Assembly: GCA_963849615.1 (NCBI GenBank)
Contig: CAWKIC010000027.1
Span: 4,344-68,343, forward strand
Direction of reading: 5' to 3'
Source of the DNA: an uncultured Bacteroidales bacterium
GTDB taxonomy: Bacteria > Bacteroidota > Bacteroidia > Bacteroidales > VadinHA17
Length of the DNA stretch: 64,000 nucleotides
Shown here: piece by piece, positions 20,236 through 30,064 of the stretch
How the letters are laid out: every line of letters begins with the position of its first letter
Numbering within the stretch: the first letter of the stretch is position 1
The notes under the pieces: model-generated
Seen by the model: the letters and a program-made list of their open reading frames with translations, nothing else
What the model was told of the DNA's origin: nothing
The model's database searches: none
Translations under genes and position numbers: made by a program

Positions 20236-20733
20236 ATGACAAAAGTAGAATTTAGTACACAACTCCTGAACCTTGAACGAGGTCTATTTAAGTTCGCATA
20301 TCGCCTTACCGGGAGTAAATCGGATTCAAAAGATCTTGTGCAGGAAACATATCTGAAAGCATTATTGAATCAGGATAAATATTTCGACAAAGAAAACTTT
20401 AAAGCCTGGACCTTCACAATACTGAGAAATTCCTTTATTAACAACTACAGGCGCACCTCCCGTGGAGGCACATTTCAGGGTCAGACTTTAGAGCTATCCT
20501 ATATTAATCAAAACCTGGCTTTCGCTTCTGAAAACCCGGATTCAGAATATTCAGAATTGGAAATAAAAGAGAATATTGAACAATTAAGAGATAAGCTGCG
20601 GTTTCCATTTAAAATGCATATCGATGGGTATAAATATAAAGAGATTGCAAAAGAGCTTAACCTGAATATCGGAACTGTTAAAAGCAGGATTTTCCTGTCA
20701 CGGAGACAGTTGAGGGATCAACTGCAGGCATGA
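20236..20733 (+). CDS. ECF sigma factor
   Basis: DLVQETYLKA, FKAWTFTILRNSFIN, GYKYKEIA...GTVKSRIF. Confidence 0.92.
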   Translation: MTKVEFSTQLLNLERGLFKFAYRLTGSKSDSKDLVQETYLKALLNQDKYFDKENFKAWTFTILRNSFINNYRRTSRGGTFQGQTLELSYINQNLAFASENPDSEYSELEIKENIEQLRDKLRFPFKMHIDGYKYKEIAKELNLNIGTVKSRIFLSRRQLRDQLQA

Positions 20734-20757
20734 AAGAAATACGAAAATATATAAATC

Positions 20758-20949
20758 ATGAATATTAGCAAAGTCTGGATTGAAGAAGGTTGCACTGCAT
20801 GCGGCCTTTGTGAAGAAATTTGTCCTGAAGTTTTCAAACTCACAGATGTAGCCACCGTAGTTGAAGGTGCAAATTATGCTGATTGCGGTGAGAAAATAAA
20901 GGAAGCAGCGGACATCTGCCAGGTGGAAGTCATAAGGTATATTGCATAA
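20758..20949 (+). CDS. Ferredoxin
   Basis: CTACGLCEEICPEVF...C. Confidence 0.9.
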   Translation: MNISKVWIEEGCTACGLCEEICPEVFKLTDVATVVEGANYADCGEKIKEAADICQVEVIRYIA

Positions 20950-21067
20950 AGGGGAGATCCTCCTCCGGTAATCGGGATGGCAGCTCATTTTAAGGTGGCA
21001 AGGAGAAAATCGGGGTATCTCCTGACAAAACTGCCAAAATCTTTACGATTTTTTTCAGACAAGTATC

Positions 21068-21131
21068 TGTGAAAGATGTAACTCAAAAAGGGAATTGTGT
21101 AACTAATCTGCTGATTTACAGCTTACCTTTA
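21068..21131 (+). promoter_or_regulatory. Regulon promoter 8
   Basis: ATGTAAC at 21076, GTGTAAC at 21097; TACCTTTA at 21124. Confidence 0.75.
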
Positions 21132-21177
21132 TTTGAGAAAATTGTATCCCAATCGAGCGATTTCAACACTTAAAACT

Positions 21178-21735
21178 ATGGAAACTATTTTAGTTTTGGA
21201 AAAAACCGGAATTTCCAAAGATCTTGTGCCATCAAAGTTCAGGGAAAGACTACTTAAACCTGAATCAACCAGGGTAAATCGTGTATTAGAAAATATACGT
21301 ACTGAAGCAGGCGAAGATTTCTATCAATATCTGAGATTGCTTCAACTGGCAGAAATGCCGAACCTGCTGGCTCTCTCATCATTACATCATTACTACTACG
21401 ATTCTGATGAAATGAAGAAAATCAAAACACTGGTGAACCTTAAAAAACTGAATAATATTAACCACCTCGAAAGTTTTTTACGTGTTGTAGTCCGTATGCT
21501 ACCCAAAAAGGCCAATTTCGTTGGTCATTTTAAAAGTAATGATCAGGACAGATCTGTTTTCCCATTTTACCAGTCATCGAAGCTCTTCGACAGAATGGTT
21601 AATTATATGGATTCCAGAACCGACAGAAGCTTATCAATAAAGGAGGTAACAAAACTTCTTGAAAAACACAAGCTTAAGATCATCGATATCAAAGAAATTA
21701 AGGGAATAACTTATTTCTGTTCCCGGACTGCTTAA
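21178..21735 (+). CDS. Hypothetical cytoplasmic protein
   Basis: Open frame; ATG at 21178 lies just downstream of promoter 8. Confidence 0.65.
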   Translation: METILVLEKTGISKDLVPSKFRERLLKPESTRVNRVLENIRTEAGEDFYQYLRLLQLAEMPNLLALSSLHHYYYDSDEMKKIKTLVNLKKLNNINHLESFLRVVVRMLPKKANFVGHFKSNDQDRSVFPFYQSSKLFDRMVNYMDSRTDRSLSIKEVTKLLEKHKLKIIDIKEIKGITYFCSRTA

Positions 21736-21806
21736 ATTTAAAACGGTGGAATACCTGTCAATCCGGGAATTACAGAACCGATCCCGGGAGGGCTATCCCG
21801 TCAACC

Positions 21807-21990
21807 TAAGAACCAGTTTTAGACATTGAATTATTTAATTAGCTGAAATACAATTAAATAACTTTCCCATCCTTGAAACTACCCCTTATACACATCTTTT
21901 GATGAGCCTTAGGGTAGTTTCGGAACTTAATTTATAAGTTGTAATTGTATATAAATCAAGGAGATCCCTCGCTGTCGCTCGGGAGGACCG
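21807..21990. repeat. Composite palindromic element (family B leader, GAAACTACCC/GGGTAGTTTC hairpin, GAGATCCCTCGCT..GCTCGGGA REP-like unit)
   Basis: TTAAYTAGCWGAAATACAATT also present near 29248 and 31888. Confidence 0.55.
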
Positions 21991-22035
21991 TATTTGCCCT
22001 GCCAAAACGGTCCTTTTGCATGTTAAAATCAGTTG

Positions 22036-22731
22036 TTAAAACCTGTATCCGGCTGAAAGGCCAAAGCCTGTGTTTTTGTATGCAGCTTTGCTATCGGTAG
22101 CCCAGCTATATTCCGGATTTATATTCAATAATCCGAGCTGGGCATTCAGCTGTAAGAAGACACCAAGCGACAATTCATATCCGAAGAAGATATTTGCACC
22201 TGCATCAAAAGGCCGGTAATAGGCATTTGAAATTAAATCGACCAAATTAGTAACAGTGTTTTTGAATTTGACATCCCTGTTGTAGCTTAAAGAACCGAAT
22301 TCAGAGTTCTCAGTGCCACCGATACCGAAGGCAACGTATGGTCCAAATCCGAGAAGGATATAACCCTCCCCTAACTGTGGCCTGTATAACAGGTTTAAAG
22401 GCACTTCAATGTAGGAGATTTTTGTGGTTGTTACCAGGTCAGATGCTTTGGCTCCCGGTGAAAAGAAGTTATTCTTTGCCCCTTTGACAGAGAAGAGTAT
22501 CCCGGGCTGGAAATAAAAGTCAGGCGCTACCGGGATATTTACATCCACTCCGGCATGAAACCCGGTTAAAAGACCATTCTTAAGTTTATCTCCATTATTA
22601 TCCTTCCCATTTATATTCTGCAAATTTACGCCGCCAAGCAGGCCAAAACCGATCTGGGCCTGTAAGGCAAATGTCGAAAGAATAAGAACTGATGATAATG
22701 CAAGAAGTTTAAATTTCAATTTCGATTTCAT
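22036..22731 (-). CDS. Outer-membrane beta-barrel (porin family/PorT-like)
   Basis: Signal peptide, GFHAG, YIEVPL, GPYVAFG, C-terminal GYRF. Confidence 0.85.
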   Translation of the reverse strand: MKSKLKFKLLALSSVLILSTFALQAQIGFGLLGGVNLQNINGKDNNGDKLKNGLLTGFHAGVDVNIPVAPDFYFQPGILFSVKGAKNNFFSPGAKASDLVTTTKISYIEVPLNLLYRPQLGEGYILLGFGPYVAFGIGGTENSEFGSLSYNRDVKFKNTVTNLVDLISNAYYRPFDAGANIFFGYELSLGVFLQLNAQLGLLNINPEYSWATDSKAAYKNTGFGLSAGYRF

Positions 22732-22775
22732 TTTAATATCATTTTAATATTATATTAATATTACCAAATTATTTA

Positions 22776-22948
22776 TTTAACTCAAGTTGCTAGTTGCTGG
22801 TTCCTGGTTACTGGTTAGTTGTTGATTAACAGAACAATAGGCGATTTTGTTAAAATTTATTTGATATTTTTCCATTAATCATGATGCTCATTATCAAATA
22901 ACTAGCAACTAGCAACTAGCAACAAGTAACTAGCAACTTAGGTTATTT
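22776..22948 (+). mobile_element. MITE-like repeat family A, copy 2
   Basis: Same core and heptamer arms as copies at 15757 and 34809. Confidence 0.75.
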
Positions 22949-22960
22949 ATTTTAGTATCA

Positions 22961-23632
22961 CTACTGACCAGCTTCTTTAATAGCTTCAGCTTTCATCTTC
23001 TCATTTGCTGCTATAAGAAACTCCACCCTGCGGTTCTGCGTACGACCATCATCCGTCTTATTGTCATATTTTGGGAAAGACTCACCAAATCCTTTGATTG
23101 TAACCCTTTTGGCAGTTATCCCTTTTCCGGCCAGATAACCCGACACTGTGCCGGCTCTCCTTTCAGATAAAGACTGGTTATAGCCTGTGCTGCCTTTGCT
23201 GTCTGTATGTCCCTGCACTTCAATATCCGTATCAGGATAGCTGTTCAGCACTTTAACAAGTTTATCGAGGCTGGTTTTAGCATCTGCCGACAGATCTGAC
23301 TTATCAAATGCAAACAGGACTTTACTGCTGAATTCAACAACGATTCCTTCACCCACCCGTTCAACCTTAGCATCAGGAACGGTCTTTTTTATCTCTTCAG
23401 CCTGTTTGTCCATCTCGTGACCTATAATAGCGCCTGCCGTGCCACCTACAGCGGCTCCGATTATTGCACCCAGAGCCGTGTTACCCGAAGCCCTGCCGAT
23501 CACAGCGCCCATTGCACCACCTGCTGCTGTTCCGACAACAGCGCCCTTCTGTGATTTGTTCCATGAAGCGCAACCCGATAAGATCAAAGTTGCACTTAAT
23601 GCAATAATTAAACTCATTCTCATTTTTTTCAT
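22961..23632 (-). CDS. OmpA-family lipoprotein with glycine zipper
   Basis: LSGC lipobox, Gly zipper, GHTD...NQSLSERRA, NRRVE. Confidence 0.92.
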   Translation of the reverse strand: MKKMRMSLIIALSATLILSGCASWNKSQKGAVVGTAAGGAMGAVIGRASGNTALGAIIGAAVGGTAGAIIGHEMDKQAEEIKKTVPDAKVERVGEGIVVEFSSKVLFAFDKSDLSADAKTSLDKLVKVLNSYPDTDIEVQGHTDSKGSTGYNQSLSERRAGTVSGYLAGKGITAKRVTIKGFGESFPKYDNKTDDGRTQNRRVEFLIAANEKMKAEAIKEAGQ

Positions 23633-23731
23633 AAAACAGGTTTTAAATTATATAGAAATACCAATATCTAATTTGCCGGTCAGTGTCAATTATCAACTTA
23701 TACAGTTAATCATTTAAGGAATAAACAGTGC

Positions 23732-23796
23732 GCAAGGTAGGTTCAAAAAGAAAAATAAGTGTTACACAATTTTGAGAAAGATTTACATAATTCCAA
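23732..23796 (-). promoter_or_regulatory. Regulon promoter 9
   Basis: Plus-strand TTTACAT 23782 and GTTACAC 23761; -7 TACCTTGC on minus strand at 23739-23732. Confidence 0.7.
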
Positions 23797-23809
23797 TATT
23801 CACAAAAAG

Positions 23810-23874
23810 TGGGAATCTTGTAATTTTTAGTAAAAATTATGTAACAGATAAACAAGTATTTGAAACTAAATTTA
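23810..23874 (+). promoter_or_regulatory. Regulon promoter 10
   Basis: TTGTAAT at 23818, ATGTAAC at 23839; TAAATTTA at 23867. Confidence 0.7.
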
Positions 23875-23934
23875 TGCTGTTAAAATACACTCCCAAAAGA
23901 ATATTTTTTAAACTCAAATTAAAACCACACACAG

Positions 23935-24738
23935 ATGAAAAAAATAACCGTTTTATTGTTTGGCGCCTTTATTCTGGCGGGATGTGCTTTAAATCTGGTT
24001 ACCGGCCGCAACCAGCTAAGCCTGGTAAAGGAATCGGATTTACGGTTAATGGCAGTAAACCAATATAACACATTTTTGTCAGAGAATAAGGTATTAAGCT
24101 CCGCAAACAGAGATGCGGCAATGGTTGACCGTATCGGTGCACGAATTGCAAATGCAATCACAAAGTATTATACCAGCCAGGGAAAAGAATCGGTTCTTGA
24201 AGGGTATGCCTGGGAATTCAACACGATTGATGACAATAAGGTTATAAATGCCTGGTGTATGCCAGGCGGAAAAGTGGTTGTATATACAGGTTTATTGCCT
24301 GTAACTCAAAACGAAACAGCTCTGGCAATTGTTATGGGACATGAGATTGCCCATTCCATTGCCAAACATGGTAATGAAAGAATGAGCCAGGCAATGGTCC
24401 AGCAAATGGGTGGCATGGCATTGGAGGTTGCACTGGCACAGAAGCCTCAGGAGACACAGGATCTTTTCATGACCACCTATGGTATAGGAAGTCAGCTGGG
24501 AGCCATGTTACCCTGGTCGCGGCAACAGGAAACGGAAGCAGATCAGTACGGACTTATATTTTCAGCAATGGCAGGTTATGACCCGCGTGAAGCAATTCCT
24601 TTCTGGGAAAGAATGTCAAAAGCGGGAGGAGAAAGTCCTCCGGAATTCCTGAGCACCCATCCTTCCGATCAAACAAGATTGAGAAAGCTGAAACAGTTCA
24701 TGCCGGAAGCTCTTAAATATTATACCAAAAGCAATTAG
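23935..24738 (+). CDS. M48 family metallopeptidase lipoprotein
   Basis: LAGC lipobox, NAWCMPGG, GHEIAH, ETEAD, LSTHP. Confidence 0.92.
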   Translation: MKKITVLLFGAFILAGCALNLVTGRNQLSLVKESDLRLMAVNQYNTFLSENKVLSSANRDAAMVDRIGARIANAITKYYTSQGKESVLEGYAWEFNTIDDNKVINAWCMPGGKVVVYTGLLPVTQNETALAIVMGHEIAHSIAKHGNERMSQAMVQQMGGMALEVALAQKPQETQDLFMTTYGIGSQLGAMLPWSRQQETEADQYGLIFSAMAGYDPREAIPFWERMSKAGGESPPEFLSTHPSDQTRLRKLKQFMPEALKYYTKSN

Positions 24739-24978
24739 GTGCGCCTTTTCCCACTCTTCGGCAGGGGTCTTTGCCCTGCGTAATTAAAAACAATTGGCTG
24801 AATGTTCTGAATTTGATAATTTTTTATTTATTTTGTAGTTAGTAGGTAACTGTATATCACGTTATTCGTTGTTTACAGATAGTAGATATAATTCTCAGGA
24901 AATATTCATATTAGCTCAGTCAGAAAAGAATTAAAAATGATATTTTACAGGAGTCGTGAATTATTCTAATTTACAAAA

Positions 24979-27917
24979 TTGAAAACCAGGAAACAAAATC
25001 CAAAAGTCACAACAAGACATAAAACTTCTGTAACAGATCCGGCTAAATTTCCAATAGTTGGCATCGGAGCATCAGCAGGCGGGCTGGAAGCTTTAGAGCA
25101 ATTTATTGGTAATGTGCCTGACAAAAGCGGGATGGCATACGTCGTTATTCAGCATCTTGGATCCGACACAGAAAGGTATGCTGCCTGAGTTGCTTCAGCG
25201 AATTACAGGGATGCAGGTTTTGCAGGTGAAAGACCGCATGGCAGTAAAACCAAATTGTGTGTATGTAATTCCCCCGAACAAGAGCATGTCGATATTAAAT
25301 GGAGTGCTTCATTTGTTTGAGCCCATGGAATCAAGAGGACTTCGTCTGCCCGTCGATTTTTTTCTCCGTTCTCTTGCTGACGACAGGAATGACCGGAGCA
25401 TCGGTGTTATTCTTTCAGGCATGGGATCCGATGGCAGCTCAGGTCTGCGGGCCATAAAAGGGAAAAACGGGATAGTAATGGTACAGGACCCTTCCACGGC
25501 TAAATATGACAGCATGCCCCGAAGCGCAATAGATTCAGTACTTGCCGATATTGTGGCACCGGCTAACCTGTTGCCTTCCAGGTTGATTGAATTCCTCAGG
25601 CATGTTCCCCTGGTTAAATTAAACCTGGATTCCGAAGTTAAAGACCAGAGCTCTCTTGAAAAGATTATAATTCTGCTGCGAACCCATACCGGGAATGACT
25701 TCTCTTTATATAAAAAAAATACAGTCTATCGGCGCATCGAAAGGCGCATGAGTGTCCACAAAATTGATAAGATATCTTCTTATGTCCGCTTTTTGCAGGA
25801 AAATCCGCAGGAAGCCAGAATTCTCTTCAAAGAATTAATGATTGGTGTGACCAATTTTTTTCGTGATCCTGCTGTCTGGGAAAAGCTGAAAGAGGTAATT
25901 ATTCCGGATTATATCTCGAAACTGCCTGAAGGTTCGATATTGCGTGCATGGTTACCAGGCTGTTCGACCGGAGAAGAGGCATATTCACTGGCTATGGTAT
26001 TTAAGGAAGCACTGGAAAAATCAAACCCTTCCGGAAGGCTTTCCTTACAGATATTTGCTACCGACCTTGACATTGATGCTATTGAAATCGCCAGAAAAGG
26101 TATTTTCCCGTCAAATATTGCTTCCGATGTTTCACCGGTTCGCCTGAATCGTTTCTTTTCAGCAACTGATGACAGCTATCGTGTCAATTCTGAAATCAGG
26201 GAAATGGTTGTATTTGCACAGCACAATATCATTATGCATCCGCCATTTACCAAGATCGATTTTCTTTCATGCCGGAATTTGCTTATTTATATGGATACCG
26301 AGCTGCAAAAAAAATTGCTTGGAATGTTTTACTATAGTATTAACCCTGAAGGTATTATGCTGCTTGGTAGTTCCGAAACGCTTGGAACCCAAGGTCATCT
26401 GTTCACAACTTTGGATTCCAAATTAAAAATATATAAACGCTCGCTTACAACCCTGACACCTGAATTGTTCGATTTCCCGTCATCCTTTTCAAGAAACAGA
26501 CAGGTTAACGAGGAGAAATCAATGCCTTCAAGATCGGTTATGAATATTCAGACACTTGCAGATCAACTGCTATTGAAGCATTTTTCGCCTGCCGGTGTTC
26601 TGGTAACAGAAAATGGCGACATAATATATGTAAGCGGCCATACCGGAAAATATCTTGAACCGGCTGCTGGAAAGGCAAACCTTAATATTTTTGCAATGTT
26701 GCGTGAAGGTTTACGGGAAGAATTTCCGGCAGCCTTCAGAAAAGCCATAATGAAAAAGGAATCCGTGGTTTTGCACAATATCAAAGTAGGGATGAACGGT
26801 GATAAGCAAGCCATAGATGTTAACATTCAATGGATTGATAAACCAGAGCCTTTGTACGGCGCAGTATTGATAATTTTTACCGATGTCCCGAAGATTGCAG
26901 AATCTAAACTGTCAGTCATAAAAGGAAAGAAGACATTAGCCAGTGTAAAGCTGACTGAGTTTGAAAAGGAGTTGCAGCATACACGTGAAGAGATGCAAAG
27001 CACTCTTGAAGAGATGCAGACCTCGCAGGAAGAACTTAAATCCGCAAATGAGGAATTGCAGTCAACCAATGAAGAACTGCAATCTACAAATGAGGAACTT
27101 ACAACTTCAAAAGAAGAAATGCAAAGTCTGAATGAAGAGCTTCAAACGGTGAACGCTGAATTACAATCGAAGGTAGATGAGTTTTCGCGGGTGAATAATG
27201 ATATGAAAAACCTGCTTAACAGCACCGATATTGCTACATTGTTTCTCGACAAGGAATTGAACATCCGCCGGTTTACGAATCAGTCAACCAAAATTTTTAA
27301 ACTTATAAAAAGCGACATCGGAAGACCTTTTACAGACCTGGTTTCTGACCTGATATACCCCGGATTGGCTTCCGATGCCCTCGAAGTATTAAGGTCACTC
27401 GTTTTTATACAAAAACAAATTCCTGCCAGAGACGGGCGATGGTTTTTCATCCGTATTATGCCCTATCGCACGCTGGATGACAGAATAGAGGGTCTCGTCA
27501 TCACCTTTTTCAACATTTCCGATCTCAAACAGGTGGAAATAAAATTAAAGGAAACAGAGCAGACAAACCATTTGCTTTTAAATTCATCCCCGGATGTGAT
27601 AATTCAATTATCACCAGACTTGAAAATATTGGAGTTCAATCCTGAAGCTGTTAATTTTTTCGGTAAAAAACGTGAGGATGCAGTAGACAGGAATTATCTT
27701 CAGATGTTTGTTCCTGAAATGGCACGAAAGAAAGTTAAAAATGACCTGAATAAGCTTTTTAATGAATATGTGTGACGGTAAAATCAAAATGCAGGTAATA
27801 GCAGCGGAAGGTAAAATACAGGTTGTTGAATACTCAGTAAATTTCCTGCTTAATAATTTGAATATGGCAGCAGGAATAATTATGATTACAAACAGAAAAT
27901 TAATAAACCATGAATGA
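24979..27917 (+). CDS. CheB methylesterase-CheR methyltransferase-coiled coil-PAS fusion (frameshifts near 25157 and 27770)
   Basis: GASAGG, IQHL, LSGMGSDG; IGVTNFFRD, GCSTGEEAYS, CRNLLIY; EELQSTN heptads; PAS domains. Confidence 0.9.
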
Positions 27918-28459
27918 CGAAGAAAAGAATCTTACAGATGCCCAGATCTTACGAAAAAAAGCTGAAGAAAGACTTAAAACGAAGAAAAAAGGAGATAAAC
28001 CGGTTGTTGAAGTTGACGTGAAAAAGCTCCTTCATGAACTGCAGGTGCACCAGATACAATTGGAAATGCAGAATGAAGAGTTACAGGAGGCATATGAAAT
28101 TGCAGAAACAGCTCTTAAAAAATATACCATTTTGTACGATTTTGCTCCACTGGGATATTTTACACTTGAAAAAGACGGGAGCATAAGCGAGCTGAACTTC
28201 ACTGGTGCCGAGATGCTTGGGGAAAAGCGTCTGAGTCTGGTAAACAGTAACTTTAAGTTATTCATCTCTGATAACTCGCACACTGTTTTTGACAAGTTTT
28301 TCAGAAGAGGTTTTTACCGGTAATAAAAAAGAATCCTGCGAGGTGAATCTCGGTTATGATAGTAAATCTTTGTCCTCTGTTTATATGGAAGGTGTGGTTA
28401 TCGGTGATGACCAGAAATGTCTTTTATCTGTGGTTGATATTTCTGCTTTCAAGAAATAA
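27910..28459 (+). CDS. Coiled-coil plus single PAS protein (frameshifted)
   Basis: LLHELQVHQIQLEMQNEEL, YDFAPLGYFTL, ends ...CLLSVVDISAFKK*. Confidence 0.8.
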
Positions 28460-28605
28460 AAATGCACATGTAAATTCAGGTATTCAGAATTTAATGCAGG
28501 GATCTACCTGTCCTGAAGATTCCCGGATCTCCGGATATTTACCTGGAAATATTCCTTCCCTTACATAATTTTTAATCATAAAAGGACCTGTCTTTTAATT
28601 GAATA

Positions 28606-28670
28606 TGTGAATTATGTAACTTTTTAATAAAATTCTGTAACACCCGCTCCACCCCCATTTTTTATCTTTA
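28606..28670 (+). promoter_or_regulatory. Regulon promoter 11
   Basis: ATGTAAC at 28614, CTGTAAC at 28635; TATCTTTA at 28663. Confidence 0.75.
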
Positions 28671-28730
28671 TGCCGGTAAGTTAAATTATGAAATAATGCC
28701 CCCACCACACGTCCCTCAATACAAAAGAAT

Positions 28731-29117
28731 ATGTTAAAAAAAAGTGTAATACAAAAAGCACTGAACCAAACCTGGAATTTGGATAATAATCCGGGATTAA
28801 CCGGCAATTTTTCTGCTCCTGACCAGAGCAGCGAGATCTCCCGGTTGATCTATGACATTTATGGAGGTGAAATTTTAAAGACTCATAAGAAAAAAGGCTG
28901 GTATTTTTATAACCGGATTAATGGCACAATTTTAGATTTTACAGGATCAGAAAAGACCATAACATCAGAAGCTACACATCTCGAAGACATTCCATCCACA
29001 CCCGAAGAGACGTATAATTATTTTGACAGGGAAGATTATTCAACATTTTTTATGAGATTTATAAGGGCATTCGAAGAAACTGTAGGTCTGGAGAAATACC
29101 AGCCTGAAATGTCCTGA
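28731..29117 (+). CDS. YunG-like protein
   Basis: DIYGGEILKT...W.FYNRING...DFT pattern. Confidence 0.6.
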   Translation: MLKKSVIQKALNQTWNLDNNPGLTGNFSAPDQSSEISRLIYDIYGGEILKTHKKKGWYFYNRINGTILDFTGSEKTITSEATHLEDIPSTPEETYNYFDREDYSTFFMRFIRAFEETVGLEKYQPEMS

Positions 29118-29180
29118 AGGTTTTTCATACAGGGACACTGTTTTTTACAGTGGGTTAGGTTAGTTATAGGGTTAATTTGA

Positions 29181-29220
29181 GAAAGAAGTCCTTTCATTTT
29201 TATGGAGGGACTTCTTTTGT
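29181..29220 (+). terminator. Intrinsic terminator
   Basis: AAAGAAGTCC...GGACTTCTTTT. Confidence 0.7.
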
Positions 29221-29300
29221 TAGAAGAATAGGTCAGCCTAAGTGGATTTTAACTAGCAGAAATACAATTGTGATCAATTTGGGGCTGTTGAAAAGTCTTT

Positions 29301-29405
29301 TTAACCGCAAAGTACGCAAAGGTGTCGCAAAGAACCAAGGCTAAAACATAAAGTCAGCTCTTTGCAAACTATGTCGTCTACCCCTTGGGCCCGTGCGTTT
29401 GCCTG
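29301..29405. repeat. Inverted copy of the 5296-5400 CGCAAAG element
   Basis: TTAACCGCAAAG...TGTCGCAAAGAAC...GCTAAAACATAAA.TCAGCTCTTTGC matches the reverse complement of 5331-5400. Confidence 0.7.
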
Positions 29406-29664
29406 CTGTTGGAGCCAGCCTGCAGGGGATGGCATGATGGTTCGGAGGGGAAATGTAAATTATTGCAATTCAGTTCCATACAGTTTAATTCATAAGCTAT
29501 CCCATTCCTTAAGTTGACAGGTCTATTACCTTCTGCCCCAGGTTTCGCCTGTGGTGAACAAGAACCAATGAAAATTGTTTCCCCATTGTATTTCAGATTC
29601 TGGCTTACAGGGTCAGGACTACTGCGGAAGCTGAATATCGATAGATCGAAATAAAACTAAAGTC

Positions 29665-29988
29665 ATGGACCTCACCAGTAAAAAATGCATACCTTGTGAA
29701 GGAGGAATACCACCTCTGACCCAGGAAGAGATAGAAGTTTTCAGGGAAAGCATCAGGGATGACTGGACAGTTACGGAAAACAACAGGTTAAGAAAAGAAT
29801 ATTTTTTCGTGAACTATAAGCATACAATAGATTTTGTGAATAAGGTGGCCGCACTGGCCGAAGAAGAAGGCCATCATCCTGTTATGCATGTGTACTATGC
29901 GAGAGTCGAAATTGAGTTGTGGACTCATGCCATCAACGGACTTTCGGAAAACGATTTTATAATGGCCGCAAAAATTGATAATCTGTAA
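29665..29988 (+). CDS. phhB: Pterin-4-alpha-carbinolamine dehydratase
   Basis: CIPCEGG, AEEEGHHP, WTHAINGLSENDF. Confidence 0.9.
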   Translation: MDLTSKKCIPCEGGIPPLTQEEIEVFRESIRDDWTVTENNRLRKEYFFVNYKHTIDFVNKVAALAEEEGHHPVMHVYYARVEIELWTHAINGLSENDFIMAAKIDNL

Positions 29989-30064
29989 GCCATGCATTCC
30001 TCTGCCCGCAGACATGTGGCTGAAAGTTCCCTATATCAGTATCATTGAATAAACCTGTAGTTTT

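Noticed and set aside
20951-21025. Riboswitch-like structure after the ferredoxin
   Set aside because: Only a short GGAGAT/ATCTCC stem; no recognisable aptamer consensus
24979-27917. Chemotaxis operon
   Set aside because: No MCP, CheA, CheW, CheY or flagellar genes in the window
2281-28641. TGTAAC as an ECF sigma -35 element
   Set aside because: No consistent ECF-type -10 at 16-17 bp. Instead a housekeeping TAnnTTTG box follows at 20-21 bp and the element is doubled. Not fully excluded.
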